Positions 50,066-61,597 are shown, numbered from the stretch's first letter. The stretch: DNA of 64,000 nt from an uncultured Acidobacteriota bacterium (GCA_963827655.1 CAWHCF010000042.1:52778-116777), one strand, 5' to 3'. Numbers and translations: made by a program. The notes: a model not told the origin generated them from the sequence alone.

Positions 50066-50911
50066 TCAGTAGGCCTTGAGCCCTGCCGCCCGGAACTGGG
50101 CAAGGGTCCTCTCGACGATTTCCTTTGAGGCTGGTTCCAGATCCCGAAGTTTGTATTCGATGTCGAGCTGCTTCCACTTGAAAGCGCCCATCTGGTGAAA
50201 AGGTAATACATCGACCCGTTCAACGTTGCCGAGGTTGGCAGTGAAGCTGGCAATCTGGGCGATCTCCTCCGGGTCGTCCGTCAAGCCGGGCACCAGCACG
50301 TAGCGGAGCGAGACCGGTCTTCTGCGAATTGCCAGGCGGCGCGCAAAGTTCAACACCGGATCTATGTTCATGCCGGTCAACCGGAGGTGCCGCGCCGGGT
50401 CCCACCCCTTTATGTCAAGCAATACCAGGTCAATTCTCTCAAGTTCCTCATCGCTGAGGCGATCGCCCAGGAAACCGTTGCTGTCCAAGGCCGTGTGAAT
50501 CCCCATGGCCTGGGCAGCGGTGAATAGCTTGACGACAAATCGGTCCTGCATCAAGGGTTCGCCACCGCTCACAGTCAATCCGCCCTTCATAATCTTGAGC
50601 CCTTGGCGATACTTTCCGAGTTGGGCTTTTGCTCTCTCAAGAGTGACCGGAACACCGTTCGTCATTCTCCAGGTATCGGGGTTGTGGCAGTACAGGCAAC
50701 GAAACTGGCATCCCGTGAGCCAGGCAACCACACGCACTCCCGGGCCATCCACGGTAGACCCGGTGGTAAACGAATGGACGAAGCCCATATCTCCAGTGGC
50801 GAGTGCCGTTCGAACGTCAGTCTCGGGCACATCCTGGCTCAGGCCGACACGAAGTTCGAAAGGGCTCTTCGCTTCCAGGGCAACCTGCTGCACCTCCGGA
50901 GTATCGCTCAT
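50066..50911 (-). CDS. pflA: Pyruvate formate-lyase activating enzyme (radical SAM)
   Basis: VDGPGVR, GCQFRCLYCHNPDTW, SGGEP, LPFHQMG. Confidence 0.95.
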   Translation of the reverse strand: MSDTPEVQQVALEAKSPFELRVGLSQDVPETDVRTALATGDMGFVHSFTTGSTVDGPGVRVVAWLTGCQFRCLYCHNPDTWRMTNGVPVTLERAKAQLGKYRQGLKIMKGGLTVSGGEPLMQDRFVVKLFTAAQAMGIHTALDSNGFLGDRLSDEELERIDLVLLDIKGWDPARHLRLTGMNIDPVLNFARRLAIRRRPVSLRYVLVPGLTDDPEEIAQIASFTANLGNVERVDVLPFHQMGAFKWKQLDIEYKLRDLEPASKEIVERTLAQFRAAGLKAY

Positions 50912-50912
50912 G

Positions 50913-53165
50913 TTACATACTTCCGTGGAAGGTGCGATTGATGACATCAAGTTGCTGTTCTCGAGTCAATCGCACGAAGTTAACCGCATAGCCGGACACG
51001 CGGATCGTCAGGTGCGGGTACTTTTCGGGATGGTCCATGGCATCCAGAAGCGTTTCGCGATTCAGCACATTCACGTTCATGTGGTAGCCGGTACTGCCAA
51101 AGAACGCATCGAGCATGCCGGTCAAATTGTTAATCCGGTCTTCCGCGACTCTCCCGAGGCCTTGGGGGACCATCGACACGGTCAGCGAGATTCCGTCGGC
51201 AGCATCACGATACGGGATCTTCGCAACCGAGGCCGCGGACGCGTGGATGCCATGCTGATCGCGGCCATGCATCGGATTCGCACCCGGCGCGAAGGGTTCT
51301 CCTTTTCGTCGCCCGTCCGGAGTGTTACCCGTGTTCTTCCCGTACACCACGTTCGAAGTGATCGTCAGGACCGATTGTGTATGTAGCGCGTTTCGATAGG
51401 TGGGATACTTCCTCAACTTCTTCATGAACGTGCTCACCACCCATGTAGCGAGCTGGTCAACACGATTGTCGTTATTGCCGAATTTCGGGAAATCACCTTC
51501 GGTCTGAAAGTCGGTCACCAGCCCGGTCTCGTCCCGGACCACACGTACTTTTGCGTAACGGATTGCCGACAGGCTATCGGCCACCACTGAAAGGCCTGCG
51601 ATACCGAAAGCCATGGTCCGCAACGGAGCGTAGTCGTGCAACGCCATCTCGATCCGTTCATAGGCGTACTTATCATGCATGTAGTGAATGATGTTCATGG
51701 CATTGACGTACACGTTGGCAACCCAGTCCATCATCTTCTCATACTTCTCGAGTACCTCGTCGAATTCAAGGGTCTCGCCCTGGATCGCGCCCATGGGCGG
51801 GCTCACCTGATCGCCACTGACTTCGTCCCGGCCTCCGTTGATGGCGTAGAGAAGACACTTGCCGAGATTGGCCCTCGCGCCAAAAAATTGCATCTGCTTG
51901 CCCATGAGCATCGGGGACACACAACAAGCAATGGCCCCGTCGTCGCCCCAGGAACGGCGCATGATTTCGTCGTTTTCGAATTGAATGGAACTCGTGTCGA
52001 TCGAAACTTTGGCGGCAAAATGGCGAAAGCCATCGGGCAGACGTGGGGAATACCAGATCGTCAGATTCGGCTCCGGGGCGGGGCCGAGGTTGTACAAGGT
52101 GTGAAGAAAACGGAAGCTCGTTTTCGTTACCAGCGGTCGACCGTCGTCTCCCATGCCGGCAAGCGACTCGGTGACCCAGGTCGGATCGCCTGCAAAAAGT
52201 TCATCATATTCCGGCGTACGCAGAAAGCGAACGATGCGCAGCTTGATCACGAAATCATCGATGATCTCCTGTGCCTGCGCCTCGCTGATGACGCCGGCGT
52301 CCAGGTCCCGCTGGAAGTAGATGTCGAGGAAGGTTGACGTCCGGCCCAACGACATGGCGGCGCCGTTCTGCTCTTTCACTGCCGCCAGATAGGCAAAGTA
52401 GAGCCACTGGACGGCTTCTCTCGCATTGCCGGCCGGCACCGAGATATCGAGTCCGTAGGCAGAGGCCATCTGCTGCAGTTCTTTCAACGCCCGGATTTGC
52501 TCGCTCAGTTCTTCCCGGTCCCGGATAATGTCGTCGGTCGACATGGCTGCATCGAGGCTGAGTTTTTCCTGCTGTTTCTGCTCGATGAGCCGGGAAACCC
52601 CGTATAGTGCCACACGCCGGTAATCGCCGATGATGCGGCCCCGCCCGTAGGCGTCGGGTAATCCGGTGAGGATGTGCGAGCTGCGGCAGCGCCTTACGTC
52701 TGCCGTGTAGGCATCGAAGACTGCCTCATTGTGGGTTTTCCGATACTTGGTAAAGGTCTCGACTACATGGGCATCGGGCTTGTAGCCGTAGGCTTTGAGG
52801 GCATTGACAACCAGCCGGAACCCCCCGTTCGGCATGATGGCGCGTTTTAGCGGCGCTTCGGTCTGAAGACCCACGATGATTTCATTCTCGCGATCGATGT
52901 AGCCGGGTCCGTGCGCGGTGATGGAACTTGGAATCTGCGAGACATCGAGGACACCTTTCTTGCGCTCCTCAAGGAACAGTTCGCTCAAACGGTTCCAGAT
53001 CTTGCTGGTTCGCTCCGTGGCGGGGGCAAGGAAGGATGCGTCGCCTTCGTAGGGCTCGTAGTTCTGCTGGATGAAATCGCGAACATCGATCTCCTTCCCC
53101 CAGAGGCCCGTCTTGAATCCCTGCCAGGGGGAAATCGCCTTTTCCTGGGCGGTAGTAGTACTCAT
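50913..53165 (-). CDS. pflB: Pyruvate formate-lyase (formate C-acetyltransferase)
   Basis: [23 protein letters not shown], glycyl-radical motif [10 protein letters not shown]. Confidence 0.97.
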   Translation of the reverse strand: MSTTTAQEKAISPWQGFKTGLWGKEIDVRDFIQQNYEPYEGDASFLAPATERTSKIWNRLSELFLEERKKGVLDVSQIPSSITAHGPGYIDRENEIIVGLQTEAPLKRAIMPNGGFRLVVNALKAYGYKPDAHVVETFTKYRKTHNEAVFDAYTADVRRCRSSHILTGLPDAYGRGRIIGDYRRVALYGVSRLIEQKQQEKLSLDAAMSTDDIIRDREELSEQIRALKELQQMASAYGLDISVPAGNAREAVQWLYFAYLAAVKEQNGAAMSLGRTSTFLDIYFQRDLDAGVISEAQAQEIIDDFVIKLRIVRFLRTPEYDELFAGDPTWVTESLAGMGDDGRPLVTKTSFRFLHTLYNLGPAPEPNLTIWYSPRLPDGFRHFAAKVSIDTSSIQFENDEIMRRSWGDDGAIACCVSPMLMGKQMQFFGARANLGKCLLYAINGGRDEVSGDQVSPPMGAIQGETLEFDEVLEKYEKMMDWVANVYVNAMNIIHYMHDKYAYERIEMALHDYAPLRTMAFGIAGLSVVADSLSAIRYAKVRVVRDETGLVTDFQTEGDFPKFGNNDNRVDQLATWVVSTFMKKLRKYPTYRNALHTQSVLTITSNVVYGKNTGNTPDGRRKGEPFAPGANPMHGRDQHGIHASAASVAKIPYRDAADGISLTVSMVPQGLGRVAEDRINNLTGMLDAFFGSTGYHMNVNVLNRETLLDAMDHPEKYPHLTIRVSGYAVNFVRLTREQQLDVINRTFHGSM

Positions 53166-53324
53166 CTTAGTTCTCCTTCTTGCCGCAGATGTTGCCTGGA
53201 ACACCATGCAGTAGAAAAAAGTTCAGGCATATATAGCAAAGGCCGACGCTCAGCTTCTTCCTTGGCGCCAAGAGGGGTGCCTTCAACCTGCAGACTCCTT
53301 CGCCTGCGAGCATTAAGATTGGTG

Positions 53325-54516
53325 TCACATCAATCCCAGCAGCCGACCGGTATGCCGGGCGATCATCAGCTCCTCGTTGGTCGGGATGACCCAGGCCGAG
53401 ACCTTGCTGTCCGGGCGGGAGATTCGCGGACCTTTACGGTCGTTGGCTTCGGCGTCGAGTTCCACACCGAGCCAGACCGAAGCTTCACAGATTCGCCGGC
53501 GGATTTCGGCTGAGTTCTCTCCGATGCCGGCGGTGAACACCAGCCCATCGATGCCGCCCAACACCGCGGCCAGGGCGCCGATCTCCTTGGCGGCACGGTA
53601 TACGAAGTAATCCACGGCCAGGCGGGCTTCAGGTTCGCTGCTGGCAAGCAGGTCACGCATGTCGTTACTGATGCCGGAAATCGCGAGCAACCCCGATTTC
53701 TTGTAGAGAATATCCTCGACTTGCTTGGCCGACAGTCCCAGGTTTTGAAAGAGATACAGAATCACGCCAGCATCGACGGTGCCCGGTCTGGTTCCCATGC
53801 AAAGCCCATCCAGGGCTGTGAAGCTCAGGGTACTATCGACGCTTTTCCCGTCCTTCAAGGCGCATAAGCTGGCGCCGCTTCCCAGATGGGCAACGATCAC
53901 GCGTCCCCGCGCAATCTCCGGCGCCACCTGCGGCAAGACAGAAGCAATATATTCGTAAGACAGTCCATGGAAACCGTAGCGCTGCAGCCCGGATTGACGA
54001 AGGTTGCGCGGCAGCGGTATCAGCTCCGCCACCGCCGAATGGCCGCGATGAAAGCTGGTATCGAAGCAGGCAACCTGCGGCACGTCCGGCAGCCGCTCGG
54101 AAACCGCTTCAATGGCTCGCCAGATTATAGGGCTGGTGCAATGGAGCCAGAGGAATCAGTTGATGCAGTTCTGCCAGCACCTCCCGGCTCACAATGGTGG
54201 GCTGGGCGTGCCGCGCTCCGCCATGAACCACGCGGTGCCCGACACCCAGGACTCGTGCGCCGCCATACCTGGACCGCAGCCAGCCGGCCAGCGCTTCCAG
54301 CGCCTGTCGCCCATCCCGGACGGACGCGTCTAGTGCCTGGTCGGCGAGTCTTGCCCCCGCAGCGTCCTTGGCCGAGAGTCGGGGCGATGTCCCGATGCCC
54401 TCGATCTGTCCACGCGCTTCCAGACACCAATTCTCGCCCTCTGGCCGCCGGTAGACGCAGAATTTCAGACTCGACGATCCGGCATTGAGTACCAGAGCAT
54501 AATCATCCATCACCAT
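53325..54516 (-). CDS. ackA: Acetate/propionate kinase, +1 frameshift near 54116
   Basis: [70 protein letters not shown]. Confidence 0.9.
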
Positions 54517-54521
54517 CTCTC

Positions 54522-55454
54522 CTATGGTTGTGCTCGCCGGGCATGAACCGCGAGCATCGCCACGGCGCAGCTTGCCGTGCGGGCTCGGACACTGTCGGCC
54601 CGGCTGGTGAGGACCACCGGCACCCTGGCTCCCAGGACCAGACCCGCACTGTCGGCGTTGGCCAGGAAAGTGAGCTGCTTCGCAAGAATGTTGCCCGCCT
54701 CGAGATCCGGCGCCAGCAGGATATCGGGATCACCGGCGACCTCGGAGCGAATGCCTTTGGTTCGAGCCGCCGCCTTGCTGATGGCGTTGTCAAACGCCAG
54801 CGGTCCATCCAGGACGGCGCCGGTAATTTGCCCGCGTTCCGCCATCTTGCAGAGTGCGGCGGCATCGAGGGTGGCGGGCATCTTCGAAGTCACGGTCTCC
54901 ACGGCCGCAAGGATCGCCACCTTGGGTTTTTCGAGACCGAGTGAGATCGCCAGATCGATGGCGTTCTGGCAAATGTCCACCTTGTCTTCCAGCGTCGGAG
55001 CAATATTGATCGCGCCGTCGGTCACGATCAGCACCTTGTGATACGTGGGAACATCCATGATGAAAACATGGCTGATGCGGCGCGCGGTGCGGAGTCCGCC
55101 ATCGCGGGCCACAATTGCCGACATCAGTTCGTCCGTATGGAGGCTGCCTTTCATCAAGAGTTCTGCCTGTCCTTCCCGAACCAGTGCTACGGCCTTCGCG
55201 GCGGATCCGTGGCTGTGCGGCGCGTCCACGATCTGCAGGTTGCCGAGATCGACTCCTGCGGCCTTGGCAGTAGCCGCGATCTTTGCCGCCGGCCCCACGA
55301 GAATGGGTCGTATCAGCTTCTTTTCAGCCGCCTCAACCGCTCCGCTGAGCGCCGTCTCCTCACACGGATGTGCTACCGCGGTCGGAACCGGCTCCAGTTT
55401 TTTGCACCGCGCCAGCAGCCGTTCGTATTTTCCTGTACCCTGCTTATGATTCAT
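54522..55454 (-). CDS. pta: Phosphate acetyl/butyryltransferase
   Basis: LMKGSLHT, TDGAINIAP, DGPLAFDNAI, PDLEAGNILAK, LTSRADS. Confidence 0.9.
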   Translation of the reverse strand: MNHKQGTGKYERLLARCKKLEPVPTAVAHPCEETALSGAVEAAEKKLIRPILVGPAAKIAATAKAAGVDLGNLQIVDAPHSHGSAAKAVALVREGQAELLMKGSLHTDELMSAIVARDGGLRTARRISHVFIMDVPTYHKVLIVTDGAINIAPTLEDKVDICQNAIDLAISLGLEKPKVAILAAVETVTSKMPATLDAAALCKMAERGQITGAVLDGPLAFDNAISKAAARTKGIRSEVAGDPDILLAPDLEAGNILAKQLTFLANADSAGLVLGARVPVVLTSRADSVRARTASCAVAMLAVHARRAQP

Positions 55455-55557
55455 GGCTTCTCCTGAGAGATGGTGACCGGCATCAATTTGCGCTGCGACT
55501 GAAGGTCACGATCGCGCAGCTTCTTCCAGCGCATGATAGCGTCCTGTCACCAATTCG

Positions 55558-56781
55558 TCAAACACGACGCGCGGGACCTGTCTCCTTCAAGCAAAAACTG
55601 AGGACAATGGCGATTGCCACGCCATAGAGCAGCGGCTCAAAGCCGGCCTGGTAATGCTCCAGCGTCATCTGCGAGGCCCCGCCCGAAACCTTGTGGAGGA
55701 TCCGTCCAAAGACCGGGCCCAGCAAAGCGCTGAAGGTGAAATTCAGAAAATTGATAACCCCCGTCGCCGTGCCGGCGAACTCCGGACGGTTTGCTTCTTT
55801 GATCACCGTATAAGGGAGCATGGCCGCGCCTGACGCCACTCCCGCTGTCAAGCCGAGGACATAAGGAGGAAAGACATCCGCGGGACCGTAGAGCACCCAG
55901 ACAAGGCATGCCAGAAGAACGATCCCCCCTCCAATGATCACTGGTTTCCTGCGCCCGATCCGATCCGAGAGCAGCCCCAGCATCGGACAACCGATAATCC
56001 ACCCGAAAGGTACGGTCGAGGAACGCATCACCGCTGAAGCATACTCAAAACCGCGCGCCTCCTGAAGGAAGCGCACACCCCAGATCATATCGAAGATCGT
56101 CGTGGGAATAAAAAGCAACCCTGCGATCATGCCGCAGAGGATCGACTGCGGGTTTCTGAAGACAGCGCTTAAAGCTCCGACTGCGTCCTTCAGCCCGCCA
56201 CTTTGGGCTTTTTGCTCCTGATGCGGAAGAAACACAACCAGTAGAACGCTGATGAGCAGCCCGGCGATGCCCATCCCAATCCAGAAATGGTTCCAGGCCA
56301 GGCCTCCGGCGATCATCGGGCCGACCACAGATTGGCCGGCCGATCCGCCGGCCATCCCGAACATCTGGGTTGCGCCGATCAATGTGGCGGCACGGGAGGC
56401 CGGGAAATTTGTGCTGGCGATGGAAACGGCTCCCACCAGTGCGAAAACACCGCCCGCGCCTTGCAGGAACCTCCCTGCAGTTGCCGCCGCTTGATTTCCC
56501 ATGGCGAACAGCAGGGCCCCGATGCCGACCGCCGCCGCGCCGATCGGGACAACCTTCCGCGGTCCCAGACGATCTATGGCTGCGCCGGCGACAAGACTGA
56601 ACGGTGAGTACCCGTAGTAGAACACACCTACCATCGAGGCCACACCGAGTGCGCTGAGTCCGAAAGCCTCGGACATTTGCGGCATCATGACGGCCGGTGC
56701 GGAGCGGAGCACGTATTGATAGAAGTAGTACACCGCCGCCAATAGCCAGGCCAAAACGGCCGTCCTGGCGCTTTGGCTCAT
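55558..56781 (-). CDS. MFS transporter
   Basis: About 12 TM helices; DRLGPR and SDRIGRRK loop motifs; GRFLQG. Confidence 0.92.
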   Translation of the reverse strand: MSQSARTAVLAWLLAAVYYFYQYVLRSAPAVMMPQMSEAFGLSALGVASMVGVFYYGYSPFSLVAGAAIDRLGPRKVVPIGAAAVGIGALLFAMGNQAAATAGRFLQGAGGVFALVGAVSIASTNFPASRAATLIGATQMFGMAGGSAGQSVVGPMIAGGLAWNHFWIGMGIAGLLISVLLVVFLPHQEQKAQSGGLKDAVGALSAVFRNPQSILCGMIAGLLFIPTTIFDMIWGVRFLQEARGFEYASAVMRSSTVPFGWIIGCPMLGLLSDRIGRRKPVIIGGGIVLLACLVWVLYGPADVFPPYVLGLTAGVASGAAMLPYTVIKEANRPEFAGTATGVINFLNFTFSALLGPVFGRILHKVSGGASQMTLEHYQAGFEPLLYGVAIAIVLSFCLKETGPARRV

Positions 56782-56821
56782 CGGGTTACTCCTTCCGGGC
56801 TGACTCGTTCGAAGTTCGATC

Positions 56822-58470
56822 CTAACAAAGCACTAACGCCGCCAAACCTGCTTCGGACGTCTCCTTGTATTTGGCATTCATGTCCTTGGCGGTCATGGCC
56901 ATTGCCGCAATAGTGGTGTCGAGATCGACCCTGCGCTGTTCGGCAATTTCTTCGCTTGCGATGCTGTAGCCGGTCCAAGCCTTGACTGCCCCGTAGGCGC
57001 AGCGCTCGATGCAGGGTACCTGAACGTAGCCGGCCACCGGATCACAGGTCATGCCGAGGTGGTGCTCCAGGGCCGATTCGGCGGCATTCGAAACCACCTT
57101 GGGGTTGGCGCCCAAGGCCTGGGCGATCATCGCGGCCGCCATAGAGGAGCCCACTCCAACCTCCGCCTGGCAGCCGCCTTCGGCGCCAGACAGCGTGGCA
57201 TTGTGCTTGCATAGGTAGCCAATTGCCGCCGCTGCCAGGAACCCTTCCCGGATTTTCTGAGCTGGTATCTTGAGGTCACGAAGTGACCTGAGGACTGCCG
57301 GCAGAATTCCTGCCGAGCCGGCGGTGGGGGCGGTCACGATGATATGGCCGCGGGCGTTTTCCTCGCCCATGGCGAACGCATAGGCTGCCACCTGGCTAAT
57401 GGCACGCGCGCGCTTCGCCTCCGCTGGAGGCTTTCAGGTTGCGATGAATTGCGGCCGCCTTGCTGTGCAATTTGATCGGGCCGGGGAGAACACTCTCCAC
57501 TTTGAGCCCGGTGTCCACGCCGCGCGCCATGACTTCGGCCACCTGGTCGAGGAATTCCCAGATCTGCTTTCTCGCTCTTGCCGGAGATGGCCATTTCATT
57601 CTCCAGCAACAGCTGCGGCAGCGGGATCTTGTCGTCGATGATGAACTTTTTCAAGTGCTTAGCCTGCGAGAAGGGATACTTGGGTTTCCCCTTGTCCGGC
57701 GGCTTGTAGCCCTTCCACTCGATGAAGCCTCCGCCGACCGAGTAGTATTCCAGCTCGTAAAGCGTCTCGTTGCCGGCGAGCAACTTCGCGGTCATCGTGT
57801 TCGGGTGCGGGAAGGTTCCCTTGGGAGCGTCGAAGACGATGTCTTTCAGAGTCAGATTGAGACTGGTCGGACCGATGGTCACCTTGTGCGCTTCATCGGG
57901 ATTCGCGGCCAGTCCGTCCAGGAACTCGGGAGGGCACGTGGCTGGAGCCTTGCCGAGCAGTCCGGCGAGCGACGCCCGGTCGGTGCCATGACCTTTCCCG
58001 GTAGCGCTGAGACTGCCAAACAAATGGACTTTCAGCGCCGTGGCCCGCTTGAGCTGATCTTCCGGAAGCTTCGATACCCGCTGGAAGAAATCATACGTAA
58101 TTCGCATCGGGCCCATGGTGTGAGAACTCGAGGGTCCCGGGCCCATCTTGTAGAATTCGTCGAGCACCGTGATGATCGTGCCCTTGCCCTTCTGGACCAC
58201 GTCGAGTTCCGGCGACACGTTGGAAGCGGGCGGCGCCGCGGCAGGCCCAGGCGGCGACGCGCTTTTCTCGCCGTTTTTTGTTCCGGGCTGGAGCAGCCGG
58301 CCAGAATCGCTCCAGCGGAGGCGGCCAGGGCGGCGCGCCCGAGTTGCCGGCGGCTTAATAAGGTCGCGCTCTCCGCTTCGGCGGGCCGGTGCGCACGTGC
58401 CGCACCCTGTCGTACTGCAGCTGCCGCAGCCGCTTGCTGGGCTATTGATGACCTTCAATGAACTCTCCAT
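56822..58470 (-). CDS. sdaA: Fe-S-dependent L-serine ammonia-lyase with long N-terminal extension, several frameshifts (~58384, ~58269, ~57570, ~57410)
   Basis: [93 protein letters not shown]. Confidence 0.88.
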
Positions 58471-58508
58471 AGCTAATTCTCCTTTCGAGGAAAGTCTGTT
58501 GGATACAG

Positions 58509-59735
58509 CTACTTTTCTAACCGGACCGCAAAGTTGTATTTGAACGAAAACTGAATCCGGTAGTCCGGGACGCTCAAACCATCCCGGAAGTTCTTGCGGT
58601 GTCCCCACACGAACTCCGCACCCATCATCGCGTCTTTCACGGGGTAATAGAGGAGGTTCGTCGATGCGTACTGGCCGTCTCGAAAGGCATTGTCGGTTTG
58701 CGAAGCGCTGTTGACCATGTCGAGACGGGAATAGCCGACGGTGCTGCTGAATTTTTCACCCCAGTAGTGATCGTAGTACGCGACAATTCCAAGCAGCGGC
58801 AAGGCCTTTCCGGTGACCGGTGTCACGGGATTGCCCGGGTTGGGCTGCGGGCCGATATCTGCCGGGGCATCGTTCATGTAGTTCTGGATGCCCTCGCCAT
58901 ACACGATTTGAAGCTTCACGACATCCTTCGTGGAAACCTTCAGATTGGAACTGAGATTCACTCCCCAGCCCCAGTCATCGCCGGAGAGATCGAATTGATC
59001 CGTTCCAATATCGACCCACTTGATCCTTCTCAGCATTCCTGCGACCTCGACATAGCCCCAGTCGCGGCCGAGCCGGGCCTCCCCTGAGATGTCGGGCATT
59101 GGAAAATGAGGCCGGACGTCCTGGAGCTCAATCCTGTCCCGGTAAATTCCCTGGTCCGCGCTCGCGCCTGGCCGCTCCAGGGCCAAGGTGACGCGGGATT
59201 CTCCCTGAATTGGCATCCATCGGAACTGTACGTTACGGAAGAACACCATTCCGTTCGGTCCCCAATACTCCACCGAGTTGGGAAAGACGTCGACGTCCAT
59301 GAAGGGGCTCCAGGTCTGGCCGGCTCCGAACTGGCCAAGCTCTCCATAGGCATGACGCAACCGGAACGTGGTCTGTCCCGCGTCAACACCGGTCCCGAAA
59401 AGCTCGAATTCGAAGAGCGCCTTCAACGCGCCCAGGTCCGTCGGGACTTCGGATCTGACCCCGAAGCGCGTCTGCCGGACACTGAAATAGTTATTGCCGT
59501 CGGCGCCGAACTCGTCTTTCCTGGATGGGAGCTTGACAGGTCGTACGACGTCGAACCAGGCCGGGTCCACTTGCTTGAAGTCGTAGCCTGCATCCATCAT
59601 GACGAAACCGTAAATCTCCAACGACGGCTTCGCGGGCTGAGACTGTGAAGCGGACTGAGCAAAAGCAGCGTCCCCGCAGACAAGGACCGCAGTGCAGCAC
59701 CACAATCCCCATGCTCTCCCAATTGTTTTCTTCAT
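58509..59735 (-). CDS. DcaP-family outer-membrane porin
   Basis: Signal peptide; IYGF.M.D, SVRQTRFG, FRLRHAYGE, GQTWSPFMD.D.FP, YGEGIQNY, alternating beta-strand C-terminus. Confidence 0.85.
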   Translation of the reverse strand: MKKTIGRAWGLWCCTAVLVCGDAAFAQSASQSQPAKPSLEIYGFVMMDAGYDFKQVDPAWFDVVRPVKLPSRKDEFGADGNNYFSVRQTRFGVRSEVPTDLGALKALFEFELFGTGVDAGQTTFRLRHAYGELGQFGAGQTWSPFMDVDVFPNSVEYWGPNGMVFFRNVQFRWMPIQGESRVTLALERPGASADQGIYRDRIELQDVRPHFPMPDISGEARLGRDWGYVEVAGMLRRIKWVDIGTDQFDLSGDDWGWGVNLSSNLKVSTKDVVKLQIVYGEGIQNYMNDAPADIGPQPNPGNPVTPVTGKALPLLGIVAYYDHYWGEKFSSTVGYSRLDMVNSASQTDNAFRDGQYASTNLLYYPVKDAMMGAEFVWGHRKNFRDGLSVPDYRIQFSFKYNFAVRLEK

Positions 59736-59934
59736 ACGCATCGCCTCCATTGTGATCGGTCGCAACTACTACGATGACTTCCCCTGATCATCATCTGCTC
59801 TTGAGTTCCGTCGTTCTCAATTTCGGGTTTCAGCTCCGAGGCTCAGTACTCCCGAAAGAGCCTCTGGACGTCGGCCAGGCTGCGAGACTTCAAAAGGGCA
59901 AGTCGGAGGAGCACTCGCGCCTTCTGGGGGTTCA

Positions 59935-60269
59935 GGGTAGATCACATGCTGCGTCCCGGAGGCCAGGATCATCAGGTAGGTGACCAGAGGGGCGAGGAAG
60001 GTGATGCGGCGAGGGTTTCGGCGCAGGACTTTCTCTGCGAGTTGGATGACGTAGTCAAGTCCCCCTGCGGCCTGCATCAGCGAAAGGGCTGTGATCACCG
60101 CCAGGATCATTCCCAGAACGGTACCCGGCGGGCTGCCGGGTGGGAGCCCGAACAGGAAGACGAATACGAAGAGCCCGAGCCCGCCCATCGGCCCGAGGCC
60201 AATTCCCCCCAGGCGGGCCCCGACCACGATCGAGGCAAGGAGCACCAGCAGTTCCATCCAAAGAAGCAT
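59935..60269 (-). pseudogene. dcu: Truncated anaerobic C4-dicarboxylate transporter (DcuA/DcuB family), N-terminal ~110 aa only
   Basis: GARLGGIGLG..GGLG, MQAAGGLDY....AEKVLRRNPRRITFLAPLVTY, GT.HV.Y; similarity then ends abruptly. Confidence 0.82.
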
Positions 60270-60479
60270 GGTATCCACGCGATTCGAGTACAGTCCCGCG
60301 TCCCAACCAATGTGAGTATGCAGGGACGTCGAATGGCGCTGAACTGGAATAGATGGCAGGTTTGACTGGAAAATGGACCGGGGGCTGGATTGCCGGCAGA
60401 GCGAATCGCCAGGCTGGTTGTGTTCGTGTCATCCGGCATCGCCGACCGCGTCACGGTGATCAGAGCGGTCGAAGTCACC

Positions 60480-60495
60480 CTGTAACAAGTTACAG
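60480..60495. promoter_or_regulatory. Perfect 7-2-7 inverted repeat, candidate regulator site
   Basis: CTGTAAC-AA-GTTACAG in the divergent region between the dcu-dcaP-sdaA operon and the response regulator. Confidence 0.5.
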
Positions 60496-60717
60496 TTAGA
60501 AGGAGAGCATTTTCGCAGTCTAATGCGCACAGGCCGTCGGAACTCCAAGACAGAATGAGAGCCGTGTTGCGGCTGACAAATCGATCGCTTGAATGATATT
60601 GGCGGCCAAAGAATGTGTATCTAGACTGTGTCGATACCAACATCTCTCCTGCGATTGTCGCGAGACTTCTTGGTCTTAACACACGAAGAAAATTAAGAAA
60701 GGTTTTAAGGGGACCCT

Positions 60718-61113
60718 ATGAGCCTGCTCCGGGTGTTGCTGGCTGATGACAATGAGACCGTCCTTCAGTCAGTCCGGCGGATTTTGGAGGCTGAATTCGA
60801 GATCGTCGGAGTCGTCAAAGATGGGCAGTCTCTGGTAGCAGCGGCTCGCAAGCTTAAGCCGGACGTCATGATTGTCGATGTATTTATGCCAGGGATGAAC
60901 GGCATCGAAGCGGCCAGGCAGCTCAAGAAGCGTCATGTGAAAGGCTGTATCATCTTCCTGACGGTCCACCAGGACTTGGCCCTTGCGGACGAGGCGCGCG
61001 CGATAGGCGCGATGGGTTACGTTCTAAAATCGTCGGCAGATCGCGACCTGGTTCCTGCTATTCAAGAGGCACGGGCGGGACGCTTCTTCCTCTCTTCGGC
61101 TTTGAACCTTTGA
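60718..61113 (+). CDS. NarL/FixJ-type response regulator, receiver domain only
   Basis: VLLADD, PDVMIVDVFMPGMNGIEA, IFLT, GYVLK; stops before any HTH. Confidence 0.9.
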   Translation: MSLLRVLLADDNETVLQSVRRILEAEFEIVGVVKDGQSLVAAARKLKPDVMIVDVFMPGMNGIEAARQLKKRHVKGCIIFLTVHQDLALADEARAIGAMGYVLKSSADRDLVPAIQEARAGRFFLSSALNL

Positions 61114-61324
61114 GAGGTAGTCGTGTTCCACACTCCCTTGGTCTTCACTTCGCGCGATGGCAATAATGCTTCGTTTCCGACGCTTGCTCACTATTCAGGC
61201 GGGGCGATTTGACCATCTGCTAGCAGAGTCCTGTTACCACGGCAGACCATGCGTTGGTTTCTGCGTGTGTGAACAACCAGGCGCTCGGATCGTGGCAAGC
61301 GTTCGAGCCTAAAAAGGGTCCGGA

Positions 61325-61430
61325 CTGAGCTTCCCGAACCGTGGTTTTTCACAAGTCCAATATCATGGATAAACTGGGAGTTCGCACGACAGCCCAGTTG
61401 ACCCGATCCGCCATGCGCCACGGCCTGGTG
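61325..61430 (+). pseudogene. Orphan LuxR-type HTH fragment
   Basis: Frame from 61332 reads SRTVVFHKSNIMDKLGVRTTAQLTRSAMRHGLV with no intact 5' part. Confidence 0.7.
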
Positions 61431-61597
61431 CCTTCCCTCAACGATGATGGTACTGCCTGGGTTGGCCCGGCCCACACGTAAACCCGAACGGCCTGAGCCA
61501 GACAGCGTAACCAGCCCTCGTTCGCTGGAGCGGCCTGCGAGCGCTAACTGTGGCGATTTCGACCAGGCGTCGAATTCAATGTCGGGCGGCGGCCATT

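Noticed and set aside
55473-55486. FNR/CRP-like site TTGAT-N4-GTCAC upstream of pta
   Set aside because: Imperfect match only ~19 nt from the start codon inside an apparent operon; cannot be told from chance
53325-58470. ackA and sdaA as true pseudogenes or programmed frameshifts
   Set aside because: No slippery heptamers or nonsense decay; the same +1 pattern recurs window-wide, favouring sequencing error
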